Source: Octopus sinensis
Lineage: Eukaryota
DNA length: 64,000 bases
Direction: 5' to 3'
Assembly: GCF_006345805.1 (NCBI RefSeq)
Contig: NC_043001.1
Span: 105,152,001 to 105,216,000 of the forward strand
The notes under the pieces were generated by a model. It was not told where the DNA came from and did no database searches. It saw only the letters and a program-made list of their open reading frames with translations. Within the stretch, counting starts at the first letter, position 1. Every line of letters starts with the position of its first letter. The translations under genes and the position numbers were made by a program. This document shows, piece after piece, positions 1 through 12,627 of the stretch.

Positions 1-540
1 TCACTTATCACGTACTCAGTACATCGCGGATTTTTCTGGCAAATATATGTAAATTTATATCGTCGACTCCTGAGTATTTCAGGGTTTCTGCGGCCGATAG
101 GTATTTATATATTTTTAGAAGGGTTACTGTATACAGAAAATTTAAGGGTTTATACCATTTTGACTTGGACGGAAATGGAATTGAGGGAGTAACGCGATGT
201 AACATGTCTTATTTCAACTTATATTGATTCTGTTATATTGGTTACTATCGGCATATTAATTTGTAATTAAATAATAACTTCAGGAATAATAATGAGAGCA
301 ACAGATAAAATTTGATTAAAGGGTACATAAAGCAGACAATATGTTAGAACTCACGACGAAGATTAGAAAGCTGGAGATAACACTCTCTACGTGAGTGCTG
401 TTATCTAGAAGGAAACAAAAAGACGGAAATGTTTAATCAACGTAAGGTATATTAATCAAACTTGTATGACACTACCAACAGGATGTTGATGTAGGAACAG
501 CAGCAACAACAAGAAGAATAATGGACGACGAGGACGATTA

Positions 541-870
541 TGATATTTATATATATATATATATAGGCATGCATATATGTATTCATACATTATATATTCA
601 TATATATATATATATATGTCTATATGTATATATATATATATATGTAAATGTAATTATGTATGTTTATATAAATTTATATATGCACGTACATATATATGTA
701 TATATATATATATATAAATGTATATGTATAAATATATATATATATATATATATGTATCTGTGTGTGTGTATATATCTATCTATCTACCTATCTCTTTCTC
801 TCTCTATCTATCTATCTCTCTATCTCTCTCTATATATATATATATATGTATTTATGTATGTATAATTACA
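541..870. repeat. Compound microsatellite (TA)n/(TATC)n/(TC)n
   Basis: Directly visible. Confidence 0.95.
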
Positions 871-1749
871 TTTATGTCTACTTAGTAATTATATTTCGTG
901 TGTTAATGAGAATATCGTGAATGAAGCTTTCCCGTCTTTGTGAGAATGGAAACAGTGGAAAATGTCAATTCCAGGGTAATTCTAGGTATTCTGCGTAAAT
1001 GTAATAAGACCATATATAAAATAGCACGAATTCCTATTATTTTCTTGTATATTCTCCATGACTAAATCTTATTATATCATCTGCTCATTACGAACAATTA
1101 CTTCAATTTAAACTCAATGTTTCTCTAGAAACACTTAATTTCGAAAGCAGCGAGACATTTATCTAAGGAGACATAGAGTATAGGCGCATGTTTATTCATA
1201 TACAATTACAGAACGTTTCAAAGTTCATGTTGAATGTACGAAAAGTTACAGTAGTAATGTTAAGTGTTAAATTACGTCATAAATAAAATAATTGCAAGCC
1301 AGCACTGAAGCCTTGTTTTGCTAGTTTCTAATATTTAGCGAAGAGCATAAATGCATTATGAAAACATCACAACATAAATCCAAACGCTAAAAGAAGGAGA
1401 AAACTGTAATGTTGATTCCTCAGCATTTGTTTCAATCTCCAGCGATAAAAAAAAGAAAACAAAAGTTGTTATGATATATGTAATGTCTATCAGTTAATAG
1501 TCTCCTGTTTAAATTATATACATAAATTCAGGGCTCATTCGATCGACCGAGAAGGTGAACATGAGTAATATTTGTAGAATAATCCATAGAGAAAACCAGT
1601 TATCGTTAGCAAGTTATCCAGTACGGTGGTTTAAGTATCAGTTACGATTTCTGAGATTTATGGAACTTTTTAAGGTAGTCTTTAAATTGAAGACGGTGTG
1701 CATATTGCGTGCAAACTTATCAAAAGAATGATGGTCACGTACCGAGAAA

Positions 1750-1950
1750 AGGCTCATAACACCGACTTTACGGATTCTGTGGCGTATATATCCCACCGCA
1801 CTTGAGGGAACGTCACTGATTACTCATTTTTGCCTGCTGAGTGAACTGGGGCAACGTGAAATCAAGTGTTTAGATCAAGAAAACAACGAATTGAAACAAC
1901 AATTTTACGATCATGAGTGCAAAATCATAACCATTAATCCATGCGCATCC
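1750..1950 (+). mobile_element. Family D copy, diverged
   Basis: TACTCATTTTTGCCTGCTGAGTGAACTGGGGCAACGTGAAATCAAGTG..TAACCATTAATCC. Confidence 0.6.
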
Positions 1951-2323
1951 ATCTATATACAGACCAGTGATGAGATTCCAAGCATGAATGCTTTCTTTAA
2001 AAAAAAATTATTAGTTACTGTGGCCAATGCAAAACTAGTTTCACGATTAATGTAAAAACTAAATAAATCAATTTAAAAAAAAGTTAATTTAACTTACAAG
2101 TACATTTTCCAATCTTCACTTGTATATACCATATTTTAAGGAAAATATAAATAACTATAAAAAATAAATTTACCTTCATTTATCCACATTCGTAACCCTA
2201 GGTATTCAGTATATTGGAACAAGTAAGAGAAGGAGAAAAAACGTACTTCTTCATCCACATTCAAACACGCTTTCTAACCTGTATTGACTTGAGTAACTAA
2301 ATAAAACAGACTTCCTTTTCGTA

Positions 2324-2376
<53 letters not shown>

Positions 2377-3031
2377 GGATGTGTTATAATACTCTTCCAC
2401 AGTCATACCAACGATTCAATAATAATAATCGACATATATAAAAACAGCCTTATCCAACATACCTCCATCATCAGACAACCCACGGATATCATTATTTCGA
2501 CACGTGGGTGCTACCATTCAATCTGGCGGTGTCAACAGCACTAAAATAAGTGTTGTTTAGGAACAAACAAACCAAAGAAGCCACAACATTCAAACACATT
2601 TACCCAATGTGCAACCGTATCGATAAATAAATTCTATAAGTAAATAACAACTCCTACTCAATGCGTAACTAAACGGCGATAATTCTATGAAGTCACACAA
2701 AAATTATAATCCCTACCGTCTTCCGTAGTGTAATATAAAAGTGAAGCTTAATAACCGTATTATTTCAATGAATCGAGGAAGCCTTTTCTTCGCAAAGAAG
2801 TGTTTTTGTAGGGATGTTTTTTTATCCAAGCGGACACCGGTTTTGCGCTCTTCTCGATTGATGATTCTGGATATTATTCGCGTGTTTAGATAGTAATGTT
2901 TTTGGTTGGATTGTTTTATCATTTTAGTATTTTTCACCTTCGTAAGTCCAGTTGTCTCTATGGAAGCTTCATTCATTTTCGATATTGAAGAAGTAATTAA
3001 TAGTTAATTAAGAAAACAGAGTATATATATA

Positions 3032-3262
3032 TGTTTCTTTATTACCCACAAGGGGCCAAACATAGAGGGGACAAACAAGGACAGACAAAGGGATTAAGTC
3101 GATTATATCGACCCCAGTGCGTAACTGGTACTTAATTTATCGACCCCGAAAGGTTGAAAGGCAAAGTCGACCTCGGCGGAATTTGAACTCAGAACGTAGC
3201 GGCAGACGAAATACGGCTACGCATTTCACCCGGCGTGCTAACGGTTCTGCTAGCTCGCCGCC
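3032..3262 (-). mobile_element. tRNA-headed SINE family A, full copy
   Basis: Head GGCGGCGAGCTAGCAGAA..TTAGCACGCCGG, B-box-like GAGTTCAAATTCC, central GCCTTTCAACCTTTCGGGGTCGATAAATTAAGTACC; more than ten homologues in the window. Confidence 0.9.
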
Positions 3263-3397
3263 ATTTCTGCAGAGTATATACAGAGTATATATATAGAATA
3301 ATCATAGTGTAGTCAATTGATATTAGTAAGTTCTGACATTGTTTTTTGCCTACGTTACGTTTCAGCCAATTGTTATTGTCCATATTGTCTACCTTAA

Positions 3398-3585
3398 AGA
3401 CGGAATGCTTAGTGGTATTTCGTCCGTTGCTATGTTCTCAGTTCGAATTCCGCCGAGGTCGACATTACATTTAATCCTCTCGGGGTCGATAAATTAAGTT
3501 GCAGTAAAACACTCGGTCGTTGTAATCGACTAGTCTCCTCCCCCAAACTTTGAAGGCCTTATGCTTCCAAGAGAAAGGATTATTA
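3398..3585 (+). mobile_element. SINE family A, 5'-truncated, alternative tail
   Basis: Central block present; tail CTCCCCCAAACTTTGAAGGCCTTATGC differs from the TTAATCCGTTTGTCTGTCC tail. Confidence 0.75.
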
Positions 3586-3857
3586 CATGATAGCTAAAAC
3601 GATGTCCGAACAAGTCTGAAACCTTTATGAAATGCTTTGTGACGCCTATTTTCTATCTTCTACCGTTCATGCAAACCTGCTGTCACGTATTGATTGTATG
3701 AGAGTTACCTTAGCCTCACTACAACTTCTGGAAATATCCCGAAATGCATTTCTCCAAAATCTTTTTTGCAATGAAGTTCTCACACTTGGAAAAGTTTTGG
3801 AAGATTTAAAAATCTTCGATTTAAAAATTATTCTGATAACCCCTCCATAAACAGCCT

Positions 3858-3874
3858 ATCTATCTATCCATCTG

Positions 3875-3949
<75 letters not shown>

Positions 3950-4010
3950 GTCTGTCTGCCTGTCTGTCTGTCTGTCTGTCTGTCTCTCTATCTCTCTATC
4001 TATCTATCTA
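3858..4010. repeat. (CTAT)n/(CTGT)n microsatellite
   Basis: Directly visible. Confidence 0.95.
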
Positions 4011-4030
4011 CCTGCATACCTACACACTTG

Positions 4031-4968
4031 CACACATACACACACGCACGCACGCACACACATACATATGTCTTCTTGTTCTGCTTCAGTTTTGAATTTC
4101 TTATACCACTGCTTCTATGTATTTCTATATAATGCATATATATCCGTGTGAGAGCACAAGTGTACGCACGCGCGCTTTACTACGTGCAGCTTCTCTCTCC
4201 CATATACAACTGCACTTTCACATGCATATTCATATACATATATACATACATGTGAGTGTGTGTTTGTATAGTATATAATTATCAGAGAACTTACCATCAA
4301 TGGTGAACTATCTACGTATATACGTGTATCATTTGTTGTTTACAAGCTTAGAATCTATACCCCGGTGTGTTATACATCATTTTTGATCGAAAATCGTGAC
4401 GCAGCAACAGATTGAAATGCGACAAAGGGAATATATAAAATGACAGCTTTAGAGACCATAAACTAAAAATGTATGAAATCGTGGTGCCGTAGTAGACAAG
4501 CACATCCATAGAAACTAAATCATAGATACATATGTTCACAGCACCCATCATACGCAGTATCTAATGCATACGGCTATATACTACATTAAGGTAGACTCAC
4601 AAGTATCTGGTAAATTATATCTAATCGTATGAGTTTGTATGTGGCCATATCTATAGACATGTATCACACACATATATTCTTGTTCTTTCCGACATTCTTC
4701 TCTTTCTTTCGTTTTCACCTCTTTGCATACGCATACACATATGCGCGCGCATATATATATATATATGTATATGTGTGTGTGTGTGTATACGTATATATAT
4801 ATGTGTACATGCATAGTACCTCTATGTATATCTACATAGACACATATGCGTATATATTTATATATAAACATGTGTGCGACTATCTATATTTATACACACA
4901 CACACGCACGTATATATATATATATATATATATGCTTATATATATATATATATATATGCTTATATATA

Positions 4969-5048
<80 letters not shown>

Positions 5049-5801
5049 ATATAAGAAAAATTGCCTAAGCGAAATATATACGTACACACACATACACACA
5101 CGCACGCACGCACACACATACATATGTCTTCTTGTTCTGCTTCAGTTTTGAATTTCTTATACCACTGCTTCTATGTATTTCTATATAATGCATATATATC
5201 CGTGTGAGAGCACAAGTGTACGCACGCGCGCTTTACTACGTGCAGCTTCTCTCTCCCATATACAACTGCACTTTCACATGCATATTCATATACATATATA
5301 CATACATGTGAGTGTGTGTTTGTATAGTATATAATTATCAGAGAACTTACCATCAATGGTGAACTATCTACGTATATACGTGTATCATTTGTTGTTTACA
5401 AGCTTAGAATCTATACCCCGGTGTGTTATACATCATTTTTGATCGAAAATCGTGACGCAGCAACAGATTGAAATGCGACAAAGGGAATATATAAAATGAC
5501 AGCTTTAGAGACCATAAACTAAAAATGTATGAAATCGTGGTGCCGTAGTAGACAAGCACATCCATAGAAACTAAATCATAGATACATATGTTCACAGCAC
5601 CCATCATACGCAGTATCTAATGCATACGGCTATATACTACATTAAGGTAGACTCACAAGTATCTGGTAAATTATATCTAATCGTATGAGTTTGTATGTGG
5701 CCATATCTATAGACATGTATCACACACATATATTCTTGTTCTTTCCGACATTCTTCTCTTTCTTTCGTTTTCACCTCTTTGTATACGCACACACATATGC
5801 G

Positions 5802-5839
<38 letters not shown>

Positions 5840-6012
5840 GTGTGTGTGTGTGTGTGTGTGTATGTATATATATATGTGTACATGCATATGTACCTCTATT
5901 TATATCTACATAGACACATATGTGTATATATTTATATATAAACATGCGTGCGACTATCTATATTTATACACACACACACGCACGTATATATATATATATA
6001 TGCTTATAAATG

Positions 6013-6055
<43 letters not shown>

Positions 6056-6110
6056 ATGTATATAAGAAAAATTGCCTAAGCGAAATATATACGTACACAC
6101 ACACACACAC
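4031..6110 (+). repeat. Near-identical tandem duplication, unit about 1056 bp
   Basis: ORFs 4115-4300 and 4348-4551 recur unchanged at 5171-5356 and 5404-5607; breakpoints lie in (CA)n tracts. Confidence 0.95.
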
Positions 6111-6919
6111 AACTTACAAAGAGTTGGTGTTGATAAAAATTATATATCCATACTGAAAGCAATATGTCTAAAATGATGTAATAACTTCAATAATCTTTTT
6201 TTATTGTGATGTTGTCTGCAAACACTACATAAGTATTTCTCTGAAATTTATTTCATAATGTTCAGAATATATGATCTAAAACAAGCAAGACACACCGATA
6301 GAGTGAAATGAATAATGTATACATACATGTGTTCATGAATATATGCGTGTTATATGTTAACAAATTAGATATTTGTATGTTTTGCCGTGTATACTTTTGT
6401 TCCGAAATAAAACAATTGAAAGAGTATAAAGGATGAAGAAAATGGTGTGTATCTGGGTGTGTTTATAGAGAGAAACATAGCTAGCGAGGAAGTTACACAG
6501 ATTGGAGGGGGAAAATGAACGAAGAGAGAGGTAGAAAGTAAGAAAGGATAGAAAGTTGGGTATGTAGCAAGGTAGCAGACGACATAGCAATTGAGCAAAT
6601 AAGATGAGCAGACGACTTATCACGTGATCAATAATATGTTTGTTTGATAGGAACGTTTTCATGTTATGTGAGTTGTAATTTTATATCGATGTTTGTTGAA
6701 AGTCAATAGGGATGAGAAATAATAATTATAGTGATTTAGGAGCTGCGTCTATGTGGTTGTGTCCTTGCATATCAACGTGTTTCAGTTCTGTCTCTGTTGA
6801 CTGGAACATGGCTGCAGGCATGGTAAGTAGTTAAAAATTATCGCTTGTCAATCACAAGGTGACGAGTTCAATGTCACCATCGCGACATCTTTCCTTCTAA
6901 TATATGTACGATGCTAAAT

Positions 6920-7333
6920 GGCGGCGAGCTGGCTGAATCGTTAGCACGCCGGGCGAAATGCTTTGCGGTATTTCGTCTGCCGTTATGTTCTGAGTTCAAA
7001 CTCCGCCGAGGTCGACTTAGCCTTTCATTCTTTCGGGGCCGATAAATTAAACACCAGTTACGCACTGGGGTCGATGTAATCGACTTAATCCGTTTGTCTG
7101 TCAATGTTTGTCCCCTCTGTGTTTAGCCCCTTGTGGGTAGTAAAGAAATAGGTATTTCGTCCGCAGTTACGTTCTGAGTTCAAATTCTTCCGAGATTGAC
7201 TTTACCTTTCATCCTTTCGGGGCCGATAAATTAAGTACCAGTTACGCACTGGGGTCGATGTAATCGAATTAATCCGTTTGTCTGTCCTTGTTTTTCCCCT
7301 CTATGTTTAGCCCCCTGTGGGCAATAAAGAAAT
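6920..7333 (+). mobile_element. SINE family A tandem dimer (full plus truncated unit)
   Basis: The second unit restarts at GGTATTTCGTC (7151) directly after the TAAAGAAATA tail. Confidence 0.9.
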
Positions 7334-7896
7334 GATATATTTAAGAGGCTTAACACAAGCTTTTACAGTGAAATTCTGTGTACAAAACCCGTGGAATATG
7401 TCATATAGGCTGTCACAGTAATTCAAATGGGAAGCTTTATAACACAGGCTCTCAGACGGCTAAATATCTAAGGAGTTCAATCGATCAACTAACTAGCATA
7501 TTTATTGTTGAAGCTGAAGGAGAATACTTTAACTCCTTTACGGAATTTGAATATTATAATCAACATTATTCGCTATTCTAGGTATGAATTATTATCATTT
7601 CTGGTATCACTGCCTGAGGCAAAATGCTTACTGACATGACATAGTTGACACCATTCGATCTTTGGAAAAAAATTTCAGGCAAATTGTCATGAGCACTCCG
7701 AGCTGTAACGATGTGTCATCATCTCTTATATCGTTGACCTCGATTAGTGCGGCCAAACCGATTGAGAGCTTTATTTTTGAATTAATATATAACTGTCATA
7801 ATGATCATTAGCCTGAATACATACAAAGATGTAGATTCATGTGTTGATGTTACAAATTTGCTGCCCATTTGAGTTTATGAAACTAAAGGTTATATA

Positions 7897-8313
7897 TATT
7901 TCTTTACTGTCCACATGGTACTAAACATAGAGGAGACAAACAAGGACAGACAAACGGATTAAGTCGATTACTTCGACCCCAGTGCGAAACTGGTACTTTA
8001 TTTATCGACCCCGAAAGGATGAAAGGCAAATTCAACCTTGACGGAATTTGAACTCAGAACGTAACGCCAGACGAAATATCTATTTATTTACTACCCACAA
8101 GGGGCTAAACACAGAGAGGACAGACAATGACAGACAAACGGATTAAGTCGATTATATCGACCCCAGTTGCGTAACTGGTACTTAATTTATCGACCCCGAA
8201 AAGATGAAAGGCAAATTCAACCTCGGCGGAATTTGAACTCAGAACGTAGCGGCAAACGAAATACCACTAAGCGTTTCGCCCGGCATGCTAACGATTCTGC
8301 CAGCTCGCCGCCT
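7897..8313 (-). mobile_element. SINE family A tandem dimer
   Basis: Same arrangement on the minus strand (junction 8080/8081). Flanked by AACTAAAG(G/T)TTATA at 7881-7894 and 8319-8332 (probable TSD). Confidence 0.9.
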
Positions 8314-9357
8314 TCCGGAACTAAAGTTTATAGCTAAATCTGATTCATCTTGATTCACTTGCCCAGAAATTGTACGATTATCCTTGATCCACGAAGTCAT
8401 GTTCCTGGTTGCGTAATATCGACTGGATCTATCGGGTAAATAGGCATTCGTGCGTAATGTGCATTCTTCTGATAATACACAAGCGATTTGCTTAATCGAC
8501 TGTTTCTTTACTCGGTGTTCTTCAGATGCTGTTACATTAACTCAATCACTTTTATGTAAAGGTATCAATAAAACGTCTGTTTTATAATTATTTGTTATTG
8601 AATAATGTTAGAAAACGCGATCACGTCCGCTAGGGTTTAAATTGTTATACTGAGAAGTTAGTCAAATAGCGTTCTCTGATTGCATGACGTATTCCTTGAT
8701 GTTGATGAAGCCATCAAATGGAGCCATAAAATCAGTCAGGTTAAGGTTTGTGGGAAAATAGTGCACCAGTACGAAAAGCAGAGCAACATTTTCAGCTTCA
8801 TCGAGGGTCAATTGACGTCGTTAAAACTAGAGTTAAACATACTAACATGCATGCTTTCCATCGTTTTTAATTGAGTGCATATTATTGTTATGAAGTTGTG
8901 CGTCGATGCTCGCAATGACTGAACGTGGAGTTTATTACACTTTGATAGTATATAACTCTTACTTTCCTAGATGCTGTTTTATCACAACACGCACATACAC
9001 ACACATAGCATAATTATATAAAACAAGAAATAATATTTGTCTCTATAGAAACAAAAGGGTTTACAGGACAGCAAAAGAAGTGCTCCAATATAAATGAAAC
9101 GAGGATAAAGAAGCATTGGTTATAGAACAAACATTAAAATTTTGGGTCAACGAATTTACATACAACGCCACCCCTCAAATAGGTTTGTATTGTATTTGGT
9201 TATATACTTCTACCTTCTGTGATTTTATGTATATGTATTATTTCTCATATGCGTTTGGGAACCATGGAGATTTTTTATATGTGATTATATGTTGGCGGGG
9301 TGATGTTGTATGTAAAGTCGTTGACCAAAATTTAATGTTTGTTCTATAACAATACTT

Positions 9358-9359
<2 letters not shown>

Positions 9360-9439
<80 letters not shown>

Positions 9440-9443
9440 ATAC

Positions 9444-9518
<75 letters not shown>

Positions 9519-9521
9519 TAT

Positions 9522-9554
<33 letters not shown>

Positions 9555-9555
9555 G
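9360..9555. repeat. (TA)n/(CA)n microsatellite
   Basis: Directly visible. Confidence 0.95.
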
Positions 9556-9559
9556 TATA

Positions 9560-9782
9560 AATTATATAAAAATCCGTTCTATCTGTATGTGTGTGTGTCT
9601 TCTAGGATCTCGAGCATCCTGCACCCGATTGCGGTCAAATTTGATATGTAGCTACCGACGGTATCAGGGCGTGTGTAAGTCTTGAAAGAATTACAAAAAT
9701 CGATTCCAGGTGAGAATGCGATCGATAAAGCCATGGGAACGTGCATTTGTACGCGCAAGTACATCAGCTGTTGCGATCGATT
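9560..9782 (+). mobile_element. Possible decayed Helitron-like element
   Basis: Starts at (TA)n-TATAAAAATCCG with a short TG tract and ends GTACATCAGCTG (CTAG-like); similar layout to the other Helitron-like copies, but no clear hairpin. Confidence 0.3.
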
Positions 9783-10914
9783 CTACGCGTACGCGAGAAA
9801 AGTGAACGTGCAGTTTGCGCAAAAAATGCCGGCTGACTTGAAATAATGCCACAAAATGCAGTATATTTAAGAGACCAAAAAAGTAAGATGCAAAAGAGAT
9901 ATTTTCTTCAAACTTGGCATGAAGGAAGGAAAGACTATTTGGTTTCTCAGGAAGTTTGTTTTTCTTAACTTCGTTTAACAAAACCAAAAAAAATTATTGA
10001 AATAAAGATTTGCTTAATTATTTTTTAATGAAGAGAAAACACTGACTGCTTTTTATTCAAGGAAGAAAATACTATTATCTTGCTAATAAATAATTTTAGT
10101 TGCCTTACAGCAAAAACAGTGTGTTTTTTAGTGAAAGAAAATCATTATTGTATTCAATCAAGATTGTTTGAGCTTTATTTCAAGGTGAATGTAGTCAAAA
10201 TATTTCAATTTTAGAAACAAAAGTCTATTTGCTTGCTTCTTAATCGTGCAATATTTGCATTTTTTAACTTGTACAAGGCTGCGCTCCACTAACTTTTCCA
10301 TGCCCTTGAACATCCCGTAAAGTAAGTTAGCTTAAAATTAGTTATTTAGTTCCTTAGGTTGTGGCTTTTCATCAAAAATAGCCCCAAGTTGATTTCCTAC
10401 ATGTTTTATCGGATAAACTTACTATTTTCCCAGGTACGTTCTCATAAAGTCATCATGCTTTTCCATCTAGATTTACCTCCAGCTAACCCATTTGCATGCA
10501 TCGTTTTTGTTCTGCTTTTCTTCCGTCAACCTGTACATAACTGCACCTTACATTTTTTGTTGTTTTTGTACTGCTTAAAGGCACGTTTCTTTCCTGCCAA
10601 GCTTACTATTTAAACGATGTTTGTGTTCTCCCAGTCAACAGCCTTATCATTACTGGTACTTTAAACTCTTCGGTTGCATATTTGTGTGTATAAAATCGTT
10701 TTTCTTTGGAATAGAAAAAAGTCTATCTTTATTTCTTCTTTTGCTGGTGTCTCAAATTTAGGTTAAATCAGTGTCTTTCACATGGGAGGCCTATGACACG
10801 GTCGGGCAAATTGTTTTGAGAAAATTTGGTTTAAATGTTTGACAACTAAGCACCATCCATTGGACGGGGAGGGGGGCGTTTTGCTCGTAAATATATATAT
10901 ATATATATATATAA

Positions 10915-11288
10915 GTGCATGCCTGGCTGTGGTAAGAAGTTTGCTTCCCAACCGTATGGTTCCGGGTTCAGTCCCACTATGTGGTACCATGGAGAAATGT
11001 TTTGTATTATAACATCGGGTCTACCAAAACTTGTGAGAGGAATTGGTAAATGGAAACTGAAAGTAGAGTGTACACCTGTCATTGTGTTTATGTCTGGTCC
11101 GCACCACAGCTTGGCAAGTAATGTTTGTGTGTTTACTTAGCGTTTCGGCAAAAAGAAACCGATAGAATTAGTACTAGGCTTAACAAAGAGAAGTACTGGG
11201 GTCAATTCATTCGACTAAAATGTTCTTCTCGGTGAAGCTCCAGCATGGCCGCTGACACATGACGGAAAGTAAAAGTTAAAAGAAAAGG
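10915..11288 (+). mobile_element. tRNA-headed SINE family B
   Basis: GGCTGTGGTAAGAAGTTTGCTT..GGTTCCGGGTTCAGTCCCAC head, GGAAACTGAAAG middle, GCTCCAGCATGGCCGC..AAGTAAAAG tail. Confidence 0.8.
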
Positions 11289-11550
11289 TAAGAGTTATGT
11301 GTGTGTGTGAGCATATCTCTATATACAGACAGACACACATACATACACGCATACATACATACATTCATACATGTACACATACATTCACACACACATACAT
11401 ACATACACATACACACTTATATACACGCATACATTCATACACGCATACATTCATACACACATACGTACGTACACACATACACACATACGTACATTCATAC
11501 ACACACATACACACATACACACAAACATTTATCGTTCCATTGATGTTATT

Positions 11551-11762
11551 CTTTTATTATTTTACTTTTTTCAGTCATTTGCCTGCTGCCATGCTGGAGC
11601 AATGCCTTTAGTCGAAGAAATCGACCCCAGAAATCGACTTTATTCTTTGTAAGCCTAGTACTTATTCTATCGGTCCTTTTGCCGAACCGCTAGGTTACGG
11701 GGACGTAAAAGCAACAACATCGGCTGCCAAGACAGGGCAGGGGGAACAAAATCAGACACACA

Positions 11763-11818
<56 letters not shown>

Positions 11819-11958
11819 ATACATACATACGATGACGGGCCTCTTTTAGTATCCGTGAAGCAAATCCACTCACAGTGCTATAGTATAAGAAACCTTCCCG
11901 AGGTGCCACATAGAACTGAACCCAGAACCATGTGGATGGGAAGCAAGCTTCTTAACAG
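11551..11958 (-). mobile_element. SINE family B with internal (TA)n
   Basis: Reverse complement of the family B consensus from head to tail. Confidence 0.85.
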
Positions 11959-12067
11959 ATAAACGTGCCTGAAACTGTGCAAGTTTTTTTTTTCTTTGCT
12001 TTAGGTTGTTGGCGTTCTTGATGTATTTTTAATATCTAAAATATTCTTTGTTAATAAGATTGCGAAC

Positions 12068-12627
12068 TACGAGGGTGAGTCAAAAAGTAATGCCATTTTG
12101 TTTAGGACGGGTATAATTACCAACACACGAAACTGTATTATACATCAAAATGAAGCTGGTTCTCGGTGGATCACATCCCTACTTCTCAACATAGTCACTA
12201 TTTCTCTCAATAGCAATGTTCCACCTTCTAATGAGAGCATGTATCCCTGCCTCGTAAAATTCTGTTGACTATTCTTTGAGCCACTTCTTCACTACAGTTT
12301 TCACTTCCTCGTCACTGGAATAATGTTTACTTCTCAAACCCTTTTTCGTGGCGTCGAAGAGATGATAGTCTTGTGACGAAGAAGTGAAAACTGTAGTGAA
12401 GAAGTGGTTCAAAGAACAGTAAACAGCATTTTACGGGCTAGGGATACATGCTCTCATTTGAAGGTGGAACGTTGCTATTGAGAGAAATGGTGCCTATGTT
12501 GAGAAGTAGGGATGTGATCCACTGAGGACCAGCTTCATTTCGATGTATGATACATGTTTCTGTGTTGGTAATTATACCTGACCTAAACAAAATGGCATTA
12601 CCTTTTGACTTTTGACTCACCCTCGAA
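12068..12627. mobile_element. Palindromic mariner-derived MITE built from two inverted transposase 3' ends
   Basis: Starts TA|CGAGGGTGAGTCAAAAAGTAATGCC and ends GACTCACCCTCG. Arms of about 245 bp (12070-12315 and 12373-12625). The right arm translates DEEVKTVVKKWFKEQ*TAFYGLGIHALI*RWNVAIERNGAYVEK* (mariner C-terminus). Confidence 0.85.

Noticed and set aside
2734-2947. TATAAAAG followed by a GTAAGT donor (possible first exon on +)
   Set aside because: Both motifs are expected by chance in AT-rich DNA and there is no supporting evidence.
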